From a virus, in UHGV virus genome UHGV-1550212: a DNA stretch of 64,000 bases; one strand, given 5' to 3'. Within the stretch, counting starts at the first letter, position 1; every line of letters starts with the position of its first letter. The notes under the pieces are model-generated. The model was given only the letters and a program-made list of their open reading frames with translations. It was not told where the DNA came from and ran no database searches. Made by a program: the position numbers and the translations under genes. Below are positions 9,731 to 19,423 of this stretch, piece by piece.

Positions 9731-10081
9731 TTAGTACATTTCTCGTTTAACAAGAGCTTTGCGTTTTGAGCGTAGCCCTGCCCTATTACGTAATTCTACT
9801 GACCAATCACGAATCATTTGCCATGCAATCCCACCACGTTGAATACCACCGTGCTTGAACATTTCATTGCAAATACCTTGAATAAACACCGCATCAGACT
9901 TTGTCAATGCGTCAACAATTTGACCATGGTTGTCTTCTGTCTTGACATCATTGCAAAGCTTAAGCTCATCTACTGAAAGTTCGCCAAGCAGCTCATAGTA
10001 GTATATGAGAGCTTTGCGTGCGGCAATTGCTTTTCTTGAATTGCCAGAATAAGACAAAGTCACATGTTTGCTCATATTCAA
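9731..10081 (-). CDS. hypothetical protein
   Basis: 116-aa ORF lying inside the insert that splits the polymerase; no motif recognised. Confidence 0.45.
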   Translation of the reverse strand: MNMSKHVTLSYSGNSRKAIAARKALIYYYELLGELSVDELKLCNDVKTEDNHGQIVDALTKSDAVFIQGICNEMFKHGGIQRGGIAWQMIRDWSVELRNRAGLRSKRKALVKREMY

Positions 10082-10095
10082 TTATTGTTATGGTG

Positions 10096-11601
10096 TTACA
10101 ATTTGATTGCGCCTCTACGAGCAAGCTCTTCTTCAATCAATCGAACATGATTGTTAGCATACCAAAATTGCAATTTTTTGTGATAATTGCGAACGTTGCC
10201 AAGCTGTTCTTGAGTTTCTTTATACATTGAAGGCTCTCTGTTGTCATACAGACAATTGTTGACTGACACAAAGTAATTTGGGTCTGCTTTGTAATGCTCA
10301 ATTTCATCAGGATTTGTTAAACGTCTAATAAAGTTGTCTGGTGAAATATTCGCCGAGCGCATACTTGACGGATACAATGAGTTTGCGTCAACACAGACAA
10401 CCATACGAGCCCAATGGTTAAATGGTTGCTTAACAAAGCCGCCCTCAAATGAATGTACTACATTCTCTGGGCCACCTTGAGCACATACAACTTTGCCGCC
10501 ATATTTGTTGTATAAGTATGTCATCATGACGCCCTCAGATTGCTTAACTGGTCCTTGGCAGTGATTCATGTCAATATTTGTCATATTTGACAATGACATC
10601 ACATTTGATATCAAGTCAGTTTTTGCAGCAATCATTGCATTGACCATAGTATCGACAGCATTGTATGCAATGAATGTGCATGGATGATACAAATACAGCT
10701 CTTTAAGTGTGCAATCATAGGGCAACTTACCTACGCCGAACATACGATGTGCAATGTAGTCAAGTCGCAATGATTCCTTTTGCCACACTGAATAGTCGTA
10801 TGTGTCCATGAGCTGCATGTAGTCATCAATGTACTTGTGATATGGCATACCATTGCCCCAGACAGTTCTGCCAACTGGAGATGCCAATGCTAAATCAATA
10901 TTGTGCATTGCGCATCGATTTTTGACATAGATGTTATCGAAGTCATTGATGTTCCAGCCTGTCAATGCAGGAATGTTTTTGAAGAGCTTAGTCACCCAAA
11001 AATGCAACAATTCATGCTCATTTGCATGTTGAAAAATTTTGACAGTTGGATGTTCTTTCAAATACGCAGCAAAGCAATGTTGACCCATATACTCTTGAAT
11101 GATGCCATTGACAAACTCAAATGCATCATCCAATGTTGGGTTTTGTTTGCCGCAGCTTTTGCGCAAATCATCATCATTCAACAAGTCAACAGTAGTCTGA
11201 ATGACACAATTGCATTGTTCATCGCATGTACTTATTGCATTAATGGGCATTTCAGCTTTGTCAGGCTTTGGAAAGCCATTGCCAATTTCAGTCTCAATAT
11301 CGTAAAAGTACAACTTTGGTCTACGATAAGCAAACAATTCAGCTTTGTCAGCTTCAGGCAATTCAAATAAGAATTGCAGCAAGTCAAATTGATTGAATCG
11401 TTTTGCTGTGACTCGAGTCACTGGCAATTTACGCCAATCTTGAATATCTGCATATTGAGGCTCTACGTGGTCTGATATTTGCCACACTGGAAATTGATAT
11501 GGCTGTTCACAGACTGGGTATGTTTTGATGTCAATGCCACCTTGCTCATTAACATATGAGACTTCAATGCCATGTGACAAATATGCTACGTCAACAATCA
11601 T
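10096..11601 (-). CDS. family B DNA polymerase, N-terminal part (3'-5' exonuclease domain and motif A)
   Basis: Exo I FYDIETE, Exo II NINDFD, Exo III YNAVDT, polymerase motif A DANSLYPS; stops ~100 aa after motif A; own promoter at 11630-11658. Confidence 0.85.
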   Translation of the reverse strand: MIVDVAYLSHGIEVSYVNEQGGIDIKTYPVCEQPYQFPVWQISDHVEPQYADIQDWRKLPVTRVTAKRFNQFDLLQFLFELPEADKAELFAYRRPKLYFYDIETEIGNGFPKPDKAEMPINAISTCDEQCNCVIQTTVDLLNDDDLRKSCGKQNPTLDDAFEFVNGIIQEYMGQHCFAAYLKEHPTVKIFQHANEHELLHFWVTKLFKNIPALTGWNINDFDNIYVKNRCAMHNIDLALASPVGRTVWGNGMPYHKYIDDYMQLMDTYDYSVWQKESLRLDYIAHRMFGVGKLPYDCTLKELYLYHPCTFIAYNAVDTMVNAMIAAKTDLISNVMSLSNMTNIDMNHCQGPVKQSEGVMMTYLYNKYGGKVVCAQGGPENVVHSFEGGFVKQPFNHWARMVVCVDANSLYPSSMRSANISPDNFIRRLTNPDEIEHYKADPNYFVSVNNCLYDNREPSMYKETQEQLGNVRNYHKKLQFWYANNHVRLIEEELARRGAIKL

Positions 11602-11616
11602 ATATCATTATCTTTT

Positions 11617-12027
11617 TTAGAATAGAGATATTGTACAACAATTTGATTCAGGTTGCCATTCTACAATATGCGCATCAAAGTGTTTGTTAAGCCAATGTGC
11701 AAGTATGTGTCTATGACAAAATGCAGATAGTCTGCACCAACATAACAATACAATGTCTCGTTCGCCTGCAAGAATCTTTATGCGATGCAGCATCAAACTT
11801 ATCTGTGACAATGCAGCGTCAAGTTTTGCTGCATATTGCTCTGCATATTGTGCATTGTCAAGCAAGCCTGCTTTATGCAAACGAACAAGTGACATGTAAT
11901 CAGGCATGACGTCAGTCCATGTAAAATCTGCTATGAAGCCCTTAGGCTTTGTTGCAGACACTTGAACAAGAAATGCGTTATCAGGCAGATGCCTGCATGC
12001 ATAATATGAAGTTAAGATTCTTGTCAT
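11617..12027 (-). CDS. hypothetical protein
   Basis: 136-aa ORF with Cys/His-rich C-terminal segment (LLCWCRLSAFCHRHILAHW). Confidence 0.45.
   Translation of the reverse strand: MTRILTSYYACRHLPDNAFLVQVSATKPKGFIADFTWTDVMPDYMSLVRLHKAGLLDNAQYAEQYAAKLDAALSQISLMLHRIKILAGERDIVLLCWCRLSAFCHRHILAHWLNKHFDAHIVEWQPESNCCTISLF
11630..11658 (-). promoter_or_regulatory. sigma70-like promoter (TGGCAA-N17-TACAAT)
   Basis: 29 nt upstream of the polymerase N-part ATG (11601); lies inside the 3' end of the preceding gene. Confidence 0.5.
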
Positions 12028-12947
12028 TCTACAATAATTGTTGCAAGTTTGTTAATTGGCTGTATGAACACATCAAAACCCTTAACAGTGCCGAACGCGT
12101 TTCGTTTGACTGCATATAACATTGCAGTGTTCACATCATGCTTTGCATAACGAGTTTCAATGACTTGACTGATGTAGCCTTTTGAGTCTCGAATGTATTC
12201 TATGCTTGTAGCAATTTTGTTTGCTTTGATAGAATTTACTGTTATCAATGCATCATTCTGACCATACGCATATTGCATTGTTGCTGTAGATGGCTTTGCA
12301 GCATTTACACTTAACTGCTGAATGACTTGCATTTTGCGACCATGCGAATCATAGTAATATGTGAATGTGCATGGAAACTTGCCAACCAAACTGTTCAAAT
12401 GATGCAACTGCTCATAATGATAGCTGAACTGCACTACACTGCTATTAGATTCGCAAATGCTGCTTGGTCTATAGTAGCCATTGAAGTACCCATACTGAAT
12501 TGAGTATGTTTCAAAACGACCTCTACGATACAAACTCAACAAACTAAGCATATTCGTCGCTTCATCAATATGCAAGAACTTGATGTCTGCGCATGCATTG
12601 CTCTTGGCATAATCAGCTGCATTCCACTTATCAACGACTTTCCAAGAGTAGCATTTGATGCTTTGATTGCGCTCATTGACAAAGTGTATACCATTTGACT
12701 GCACCTTTACAATGTCATAGCAATTCAAATGCCCATTACTGTCAATGAATTTTTGCAGCCAATTTAAAGCCATGATGTTTGTTGCAAATGTCTGTGCAAA
12801 TGCAATTTGGCCATCTGCAAATGCTGCAGTGTATGTCTTGTTCTTATCGTAGATTGGCAATGTCGCATCTGCATATGATGCTGCTACAAATGCATAGCCA
12901 ATCACATTATTCTCAGAACTCAAATTAGAGTGTCTTAACTGTTCCAT
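12024..12947 (-). CDS. hypothetical protein
   Basis: 307-aa ORF; 4-nt overlap with downstream gene. Confidence 0.5.
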   Translation of the reverse strand: MEQLRHSNLSSENNVIGYAFVAASYADATLPIYDKNKTYTAAFADGQIAFAQTFATNIMALNWLQKFIDSNGHLNCYDIVKVQSNGIHFVNERNQSIKCYSWKVVDKWNAADYAKSNACADIKFLHIDEATNMLSLLSLYRRGRFETYSIQYGYFNGYYRPSSICESNSSVVQFSYHYEQLHHLNSLVGKFPCTFTYYYDSHGRKMQVIQQLSVNAAKPSTATMQYAYGQNDALITVNSIKANKIATSIEYIRDSKGYISQVIETRYAKHDVNTAMLYAVKRNAFGTVKGFDVFIQPINKLATIIVE

Positions 12948-13144
12948 GTGCCATTACGCTTACGACGTTCAATTTCTGCTTCAACGTCATCAATGTCGTG
13001 ATTTATTTGAGCAAGACGAATGTCATTGTCGTACTCTTTAAGCAATTGTTCAAACAAATCTTCTTTGAACTGCTTCAAACGTTCATTTGAAAATGCTCTT
13101 ACATTCATATCAAAGTCTACAGTCTTTTTCAAGTTTCTTGTCAT
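12935..13144 (-). CDS. hypothetical small protein
   Basis: 69-aa charged ORF in the gene array. Confidence 0.35.
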   Translation of the reverse strand: MTRNLKKTVDFDMNVRAFSNERLKQFKEDLFEQLLKEYDNDIRLAQINHDIDDVEAEIERRKRNGTWNS

Positions 13145-13679
13145 TTATGACTGCATTCAACAAATAATTGACATGCTTACATGAATGACGATACATAAAG
13201 CCTGGGCAATCACAATATGCTTGCATTGATTCAGGATATAACACAAGTACATGTGAATTGCCTCGTGAGCCAAAGACCTTGTACTTGACTGGCGCTGTTG
13301 GCATGCCAATCAAATTGTTAATGTCTTGTGAATGCCTGATATTATGCAGTTGTTTAAGTGAAACCCAGTGTTCTGCGGCTTCAGTAGCAGACATCAAATC
13401 AATGCCAAATGCTTGTTTGTATTGTTGTTTGCAAAACAATTGCCATTTGTGTGCATATACAGAGTTCTTTTGCAGCATCTCTTTATGCAACAAATACTCT
13501 TCAATGTATCTTGGCTGCCAACGAGTTGACCATGACACAAATTCAGGCACAAACTGAATGTCTTCAAGAGTTGTGCCTGCTGGTACAGAATGCCAAGCAT
13601 CACCTGTGCATGCATAAGTACCGGTCGTTGTTACAATTATTGCCGGATTACATTTGCCAATGATTTGAATCTTGTCCAT
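13110..13679 (-). CDS. SWIM zinc-finger protein
   Basis: C-terminal CDCPGFMYRHSCKH fits the C-x-C-xn-C-x-H SWIM pattern; promoter at 13723-13751. Confidence 0.5.
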   Translation of the reverse strand: MDKIQIIGKCNPAIIVTTTGTYACTGDAWHSVPAGTTLEDIQFVPEFVSWSTRWQPRYIEEYLLHKEMLQKNSVYAHKWQLFCKQQYKQAFGIDLMSATEAAEHWVSLKQLHNIRHSQDINNLIGMPTAPVKYKVFGSRGNSHVLVLYPESMQAYCDCPGFMYRHSCKHVNYLLNAVINDKKLEKDCRL

Positions 13680-13722
13680 CTTATTTATGATTTGATGTCT
13701 TGTTATATTATTATATGTTGAT

Positions 13723-13751
13723 ATTGTACAACGCTAAGTGTCATTTTGCAC
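13723..13751 (-). promoter_or_regulatory. sigma70-like promoter (GTGCAA-N17-TACAAT)
   Basis: Upstream of 13110..13679. Confidence 0.5.
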
Positions 13752-13891
13752 TATCGCCGCCAATTTTTATTGATGGCGTTGCAAACAATGCAAGCAAACA
13801 CCAGCCACTTTTAGTAACTGCACAAGCAACTGCTATTGCAGCAAAGAAGCTTGCATAAATGATTGCTGCAGCAAGCCAACTTGTTTTATCG

Positions 13892-14143
13892 CTACATTTG
13901 TTGTTCGATGAGTTCTCCATTGATAATGTCTTTTCTGATGTAAACGCCCTTTAATGTTGGATGCTGCTGTACAAATGTCATGTGACCAATAACATGCACT
14001 TTGTGATTTTTGGGCAGTACAATGCCATACTCGAATATGGCATGAGTATCTGTAAATCGTAACAGTTTTACTGGAGATGTAACACAATTGACGAAGTATA
14101 GCTTGCCAACTTGCGCATCTGCTGCTTTGATTTTGTCTTTCAT
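13892..14143 (-). CDS. hypothetical protein
   Basis: Start trimmed to ATG at 14143 (MKDKIKAAD), immediately after the upstream stop at 14146. Confidence 0.35.
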   Translation of the reverse strand: MKDKIKAADAQVGKLYFVNCVTSPVKLLRFTDTHAIFEYGIVLPKNHKVHVIGHMTFVQQHPTLKGVYIRKDIINGELIEQQM

Positions 14144-14145
14144 TG

Positions 14146-14424
14146 TTATGCAATTTGAGTGCTGGCGTATTTTACTAGCCAAGCGTACACGTCATAATGA
14201 AAAATCTTCACATAATGTGGCATGCTAAAGCATTCACCGCAGCTACAATGAGCGTCAATATTACCTGTAATGACATTGTACGTCAGCCGAACAATTTCAT
14301 ATGACTCAGAACCCATTTGACAATGCTGCTTAATGTCAATTGTTCTGCCAAATCGCTTACGAAACCATATTACAAGCTGAGCATACAACTCATCAACGTT
14401 TGATGTCATTGAGCAATCTTTCAT
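14146..14424 (-). CDS. hypothetical Cys-rich protein
   Basis: 92-aa ORF with CSCGEC motif. Confidence 0.4.
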   Translation of the reverse strand: MKDCSMTSNVDELYAQLVIWFRKRFGRTIDIKQHCQMGSESYEIVRLTYNVITGNIDAHCSCGECFSMPHYVKIFHYDVYAWLVKYASTQIA

Positions 14425-14896
14425 ATGCGCAAGGATATTCAGGATTTGTCAGTATATGTTTGATGAACTGTTTAAGCTGCATTTTGCTGTCGAATGCTTG
14501 AACTGCAGGCTTGCCAACAAATTTGAGATATTTAATTGCTTCTTTAGCAAATTTGCCTGCAGAATTGCTGTCAAGCATTATGTATGATGTCAGAGTATCA
14601 ATCATAAAAATGCTTCGCCAACTTGGTGCGCCGCAAATGACTTCTACTGCATTTCTGTTAGGAATGCGTCGTACACGCACATTAAGAATAGTCATCAAGT
14701 CATTCCAAGATGCATCTCTGCATGTACATGGCTGCAAGTTCCGCTGACGTGTCATATGACACCAATACAAAATTGTGTTTGCAGGCAATTCTGCTCGTTC
14801 AGCTTTGCTAAGCTTATGGCCATCTGCTGCATAGACTGCTTGTCTGCTAATTTGAACAGAGCTAAGCTTGCCTCGTTTGTGCGTAACTGCTACCAT
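14393..14896 (-). CDS. hypothetical protein
   Basis: 167-aa ORF. Confidence 0.45.
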   Translation of the reverse strand: MVAVTHKRGKLSSVQISRQAVYAADGHKLSKAERAELPANTILYWCHMTRQRNLQPCTCRDASWNDLMTILNVRVRRIPNRNAVEVICGAPSWRSIFMIDTLTSYIMLDSNSAGKFAKEAIKYLKFVGKPAVQAFDSKMQLKQFIKHILTNPEYPCAYERLLNDIKR

Positions 14897-15288
14897 GTCT
14901 TTGCGTAGTTAATGAGCTGCTTAATATCACAGAATACAGGATTGTCGTACGCAGACTTGTTGTAATCGAAGATGACACAAATGTTGTTGCCAAGCAATCT
15001 GCAGTTGCCATAGATTTTTGCAATCTTTGTGTTACGTTTATTGTCAACGCAAATATTGATTGCTCGTACTTTCATGACATCAAGCCACTGACCAGTACAT
15101 TCATTCTGAACTGCAGATGGTTCACAAGTTGGCAATGCAAGCACATATGTCTTACCACTGTCAAGTCGTTCAATGACTTCACCATGATATTGAGGTTCAA
15201 GAATGTTGATGCCATTGACATCAGGATTTGCTGTTCGTAATGCAACTTTCAATTCTTCTGTAGTTGCGTTGTAATTTATTCTGTACAT
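14890..15288 (-). CDS. hypothetical protein
   Basis: 132-aa ORF. Confidence 0.45.
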   Translation of the reverse strand: MYRINYNATTEELKVALRTANPDVNGINILEPQYHGEVIERLDSGKTYVLALPTCEPSAVQNECTGQWLDVMKVRAINICVDNKRNTKIAKIYGNCRLLGNNICVIFDYNKSAYDNPVFCDIKQLINYAKTW

Positions 15289-15303
15289 ATCTATTGATAT
15301 TTG

Positions 15304-15540
15304 TTATTCGAAATCCGTGTCATCTGCATTTTCATTAGGGTCATAGATAAGCCATACAAATGCTGCACAGCCAAGTATGAATAAGCCTCCGCCAATGATT
15401 GTCGTAAAAACCGAACCAATCCAATGCTTCATAATATCACCGAGCGGATTCAATGTTTCATAGCCAATCATAAATGCGACAAATACAACTATTATTGCTG
15501 CTATTGCTTTGTTTGTGGTATTTCGTTTTATTGTTGCCAT
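15304..15540 (-). CDS. small membrane protein (2 predicted TM helices)
   Basis: Track ORF trimmed to ATG at 15540 (MATIKRNT...); the longer form would run through the conserved leader element and promoter; hydrophobic segments AIAAIIVVFVAFMIGY and TTIIGGGLFILGCAAFVWLIY. Confidence 0.45.
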   Translation of the reverse strand: MATIKRNTTNKAIAAIIVVFVAFMIGYETLNPLGDIMKHWIGSVFTTIIGGGLFILGCAAFVWLIYDPNENADDTDFE

Positions 15541-15567
15541 TGTAGTAGAGGTTTGTTGTGTTCTGTA

Positions 15568-15600
15568 TATTATGTTCGAATATATGAGGACATATATTAT
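15568..15600 (-). promoter_or_regulatory. conserved structured leader element, copy 3 (core only)
   Basis: Core TTATGTTCGAATATATGAG(G/A)ACATATATTAT with inverted repeat TATGTTC/GAACATA; in the 5' leader of 15304..15540. Confidence 0.45.
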
Positions 15601-15608
15601 ATATAGAT

Positions 15609-15637
15609 ATATTACAACACGCAAATCATTTTTGCAC
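15609..15637 (-). promoter_or_regulatory. sigma70-like promoter (GTGCAA-N17-TAATAT)
   Basis: Upstream of 15304..15540; the conserved leader element lies between -10 and the ATG. Confidence 0.45.
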
Positions 15638-15663
15638 ACTTTTATAAACCAAATTTCACAAAA

Positions 15664-15969
15664 ATGCAAACACAAGAAGTTTTAGATGCAATTGACATGT
15701 CGCAGTCAGCTCGCAATTATGCGCTTGGCACTGTATGCGATGCAGAAGAGCATGAAGATGCTGTTGAAGCAGTTATCGAAGATTACATGCAAGGCGCAAG
15801 AGAAATGTACGTCAAGCTGACTACATTTGTCAATGTTAATGATGCAGTGCCTGCAAACAACTACCCAGTCATTGCAAAGCTTGCAAATGACTCATATGCA
15901 GTTGCAACGTTTGAAAATGACATGTGGTCTGTCGACAACGTAGTTGCATGGCGCAAGTTGCACATTTAA
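15664..15969 (+). CDS. hypothetical acidic protein
   Basis: One of only three plus-strand genes; followed by a bidirectional hairpin terminator. Confidence 0.5.
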   Translation: MQTQEVLDAIDMSQSARNYALGTVCDAEEHEDAVEAVIEDYMQGAREMYVKLTTFVNVNDAVPANNYPVIAKLANDSYAVATFENDMWSVDNVVAWRKLHI

Positions 15970-15981
15970 GCCCTACAGCAC

Positions 15982-16015
15982 AAAAAAAGTCCGAGCATTG
16001 CTCGGACTTTTTTTG
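15982..16015. terminator. bidirectional intrinsic terminator
   Basis: Stem GTCCGAGC/GCTCGGAC with 4-nt loop, flanked by A7 and T7; sits between convergent genes 15664..15969 (+) and 16032..19373 (-). Confidence 0.65.
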
Positions 16016-16031
16016 TTGTGCATTGATTGGC

Positions 16032-19000
16032 CTATCGAACAATCGATGTAATTGATGCTACTGGTATCGTACCAATGATTGATGTAGTTGAGCGGAAGTC
16101 TGCATAGACTTTAATGTCAAATGTGAACTCCTTGCCACCAATGTAGCATATGAAATTCATTGTTTTTGTGTATGACAGCTTATTTTGCTGAGCATTGCTA
16201 TCAATATCAGATGAACCAACTGCATCAGTCATACGAGCTTGGAACAGCAATGGTATCAACAATGCATTATTTTCGCCAGGCTTAACTACATAAGCTGCAG
16301 AATCAGTGCTATTCGAAACTTGCATTTGATTGACTGCAGTTGGATTCAACAACAAGAATGCACCACGACTATTTGCACCAACTGCATAGACATCATTGTC
16401 TGTGAATGCACATTTAGGTGCGTTTTCTGCAGTAAGTTCAAGTGGCAGAATCTGCTGATACTTTGATTTGATGACAGAATTGAACTTAGCAAGCTCTGCA
16501 AATGCTGCAGTCAATGTTGCTTTTGTTTGTTCATTCTTATTTGCTGAGTATGCAATCCATGCTGGATGCTGAACAGACATCAGATTGTATGCATCTGGTG
16601 ATACTGTCGACTTCAATGCGATTGCTTCATAATCATCGCCATTCTTATGAACGAACTTGCGATTTGCTGCTTGTGCAGAAGTATCAATGTTTTGTGTTTC
16701 TACAGTAGACGATGATGGTGTTTCTGCAGCAACGTACAGCTTTTCTGTGCCTGCTACGTTTTTCAAGCCAGCATACAATGTTTGACCCATGTATTGACGA
16801 GTGCCATACGGTGCTAAGATGTCATTGCTGTCATATGCATCGCTGTTAAGTACAACAGGTACGTCATAGACATCTGCGAAATCTTGCAGCTTGTCTGTAA
16901 TATGCTGTGACAAGTCGCCATGATATCGTGGGTACAATGAGATGTTTTCTGCACCAATGTTGTAGAACTTCAACCAATATTGTCGAGTAAGCACTTTGCC
17001 ATAGTTGTCTGCTGAAGTGATGTCAAACTTATCTGCATAAGTGCCTGCAAACAAAACATTGCTTGACCCATTCAGAATTTCTGTTTGATTGCCCTCATCA
17101 TCTACAATTGCGACTCGAAGCATTGAGCCTTGATTCAAAATGATGTCTTTGAGCTGCGCAACTTCATTGCTAAGCGACAGTAGTTTTTCATATGTAGTCA
17201 CTTTTGCAAGCTCTGATGTGAAGAAGCCTGATGCAATGTTTTGAGCATTGTGGGCGTAGTAGATGTTGTTTTCTGAGAATGCATCTGCAATATGCTTGAT
17301 AAGTCCTTTGTTCTCAAGCATATTTTCAAGAGCCACATTTTGCTTATCAATTGCAAGTTCATCTTTAAGCGTGACGAACATTGCAGAAGCTGCAAGACTT
17401 TCTGGGAACTGAATGCTGACAATGTTTGACCACTCAGACTCATTGAGCACGTTTGGATAGCCTGCTTCACCAATCGCCTTAACGCGGAACTGAACAATCT
17501 CATTAGCAGAAATTGGAATTTCAAGCTGATTGCATGAGATTGCGTCAATTGATTCTGAATTGATTGGCTCCCATTGAATGCTACCATCGACAATGATTTT
17601 GCGACGAAGTGGCGTAAATACTTCATTCCATGTGCTAAATGCTGCTGTCGTAATTGTGCCTGCTGCATTTTCGATGTCAAATGTGTCTGCCTTTGCTACT
17701 GTGCCATTCAATGATGCATATCTGTACTGCACCTTGAATTGCACAATGTTTTGTGCTGCAGTAAACCTACTGATTGCAGGGTCTTGTACCGGTAAGAAGC
17801 CTCGAACTCTGAACTTTGGATTGTACAATGCGTCATATGCAGCACCATTGATATTCAGCATCTCATCAATGATATTTGTGAGTGTTTGCAGTCGTTCTGC
17901 TCTTTGCTGAGTCAATGTAACATATTGTGTAGATGCTTTTTGACGTTCAACGTCATTCTTGAAATTATTTGTATTGAGCTTTGACATCACAGATGCGATA
18001 TCAGAGTCAAGTACCGACATTTCTTGCTGAACTGCTCGTTTTTGATTGTACAATGACAAAATTCGAGATTTGTCAGTGTTGTCAATCAAATGCGTGTTAA
18101 GTTGAATGACTTTGAATGCTTCTGCTGACAATTGTAGACGATTTGGCTTAATTGCATATTGCGATGGCGCAAGCATATCAGTAGTCAATGCTGCAATATA
18201 AGCGCCAATTGATGCGTCGCCATGTGACAACATATACGAGTTTGCATTGACAAGCTCATTTGTTGCAGTACGAATTGTAAGTGTTGCAGTGTCAATCAAA
18301 ACTGCTGGGCTGTACTGAGCTACTGTGTTGTATGCATCATGCACAGGCGACAAGAACAGCACGAATTTTTCAGAATGTCGAAGTGGCACTTCAACGACTT
18401 TTCTAACAACAGGCTCTACAAAGACGAGGTCAGTGACTTCTACATTCAATGCATTCAAGCCTGCAGTACGCTGCAGTATGCATGTTTGTGACAGTTTGTC
18501 AATTGAGACAATTTGCAGTAATACTGAACCAGTCGGGTCTGATAACGTGTCACCGACTTTCAATGTCAGTGAACCGGCAGCCTTTGCGTCAATTGCATCA
18601 TATACAATGCTGTCAAGTTTGACAGCGATTGTGCCATTGTTCGCATTTTGCTTCTTGAGAATTTTGAAGCTGCCACTTGATGCTGCTCGTCGTGGTCGCA
18701 AATTAACTGTGAAGTCTTCAAGAGTATAGTCATCATCAGTATGCCAGCCATGCGCATCAATTTCAGCAAGCAATGCAGCATGGCTCATTTCAATGCCTGT
18801 TTGTGCCACAATTTGCTGCAATGCAGCAAACATGGCGTCTGAGCATATGTACTTTGTAACTTGACATTGTTTAAGATACGATGATGCTTGACCAGTCACA
18901 TCAATTTGCACGTGCATACCAAGCGCTGTTGTGCGTTCAAGCATATCATTGCCAAGTGCGACAACATTGTTATCTTCTGCTATCGTGCCTTGCAAAGTTT

Positions 19001-19373
19001 TCAAAGTCTCAGGCTGATTCAACAAGCTCATATGCACCATTGTACGCATATTGTTGTTTGCATCTACAAGTTGTGCATACAACTGCTCGCCATTATTTAA
19101 GCCTGTCAAGACTTTCATGTTTTGCTCAATGACAGCCATGCGACGTTGAATTGACGCAAAGCTTGGTACAGTAATGCTTGTTGTGCTGCCATCGTCATTT
19201 GTCAATGTTATTGTGACTGTATCTTCTGATGATGACACTGCAGCTTGCAGCACATCAAGGTATTGCAGACTATTGTCATACAGTTGCTTAATGTCTGACA
19301 GCAATTGTTGCATTGCATTTGTTGAAACTTCTGACATATGCTTAAAATGTGGTGTTTGAATATGTACAAACAA
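16032..19373 (-). CDS. large hypothetical protein (1113 aa), possibly virion-associated
   Basis: Long uninterrupted ORF, Ser/Thr/Asn-rich with a central coiled-coil-like stretch; no P-loop or catalytic motif recognised. Confidence 0.6.
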   Translation of the reverse strand: MFVHIQTPHFKHMSEVSTNAMQQLLSDIKQLYDNSLQYLDVLQAAVSSSEDTVTITLTNDDGSTTSITVPSFASIQRRMAVIEQNMKVLTGLNNGEQLYAQLVDANNNMRTMVHMSLLNQPETLKTLQGTIAEDNNVVALGNDMLERTTALGMHVQIDVTGQASSYLKQCQVTKYICSDAMFAALQQIVAQTGIEMSHAALLAEIDAHGWHTDDDYTLEDFTVNLRPRRAASSGSFKILKKQNANNGTIAVKLDSIVYDAIDAKAAGSLTLKVGDTLSDPTGSVLLQIVSIDKLSQTCILQRTAGLNALNVEVTDLVFVEPVVRKVVEVPLRHSEKFVLFLSPVHDAYNTVAQYSPAVLIDTATLTIRTATNELVNANSYMLSHGDASIGAYIAALTTDMLAPSQYAIKPNRLQLSAEAFKVIQLNTHLIDNTDKSRILSLYNQKRAVQQEMSVLDSDIASVMSKLNTNNFKNDVERQKASTQYVTLTQQRAERLQTLTNIIDEMLNINGAAYDALYNPKFRVRGFLPVQDPAISRFTAAQNIVQFKVQYRYASLNGTVAKADTFDIENAAGTITTAAFSTWNEVFTPLRRKIIVDGSIQWEPINSESIDAISCNQLEIPISANEIVQFRVKAIGEAGYPNVLNESEWSNIVSIQFPESLAASAMFVTLKDELAIDKQNVALENMLENKGLIKHIADAFSENNIYYAHNAQNIASGFFTSELAKVTTYEKLLSLSNEVAQLKDIILNQGSMLRVAIVDDEGNQTEILNGSSNVLFAGTYADKFDITSADNYGKVLTRQYWLKFYNIGAENISLYPRYHGDLSQHITDKLQDFADVYDVPVVLNSDAYDSNDILAPYGTRQYMGQTLYAGLKNVAGTEKLYVAAETPSSSTVETQNIDTSAQAANRKFVHKNGDDYEAIALKSTVSPDAYNLMSVQHPAWIAYSANKNEQTKATLTAAFAELAKFNSVIKSKYQQILPLELTAENAPKCAFTDNDVYAVGANSRGAFLLLNPTAVNQMQVSNSTDSAAYVVKPGENNALLIPLLFQARMTDAVGSSDIDSNAQQNKLSYTKTMNFICYIGGKEFTFDIKVYADFRSTTSIIGTIPVASITSIVR

Positions 19374-19400
19374 AAAGACTGCTGCAAATTATTGCAGCAG
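19366..19400 (-). terminator. intrinsic terminator
   Basis: 11-bp stem GACTGCTGCAA/TTGCAGCAGTC with 4-nt loop, then UUUUUGUUU on the minus strand. Confidence 0.6.
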
Positions 19401-19423
19401 TCTTTGATAATTGCTTGTTTATG

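Noticed and set aside
6510-11601. Intron or intein splitting the DNA polymerase
   Set aside because: The insert carries four ordinary protein genes with their own promoter and terminator, the N-terminal ORF ends with a normal stop, and no intein block residues were seen at the junctions; a two-subunit polymerase is the simpler reading, though splicing was not tested.
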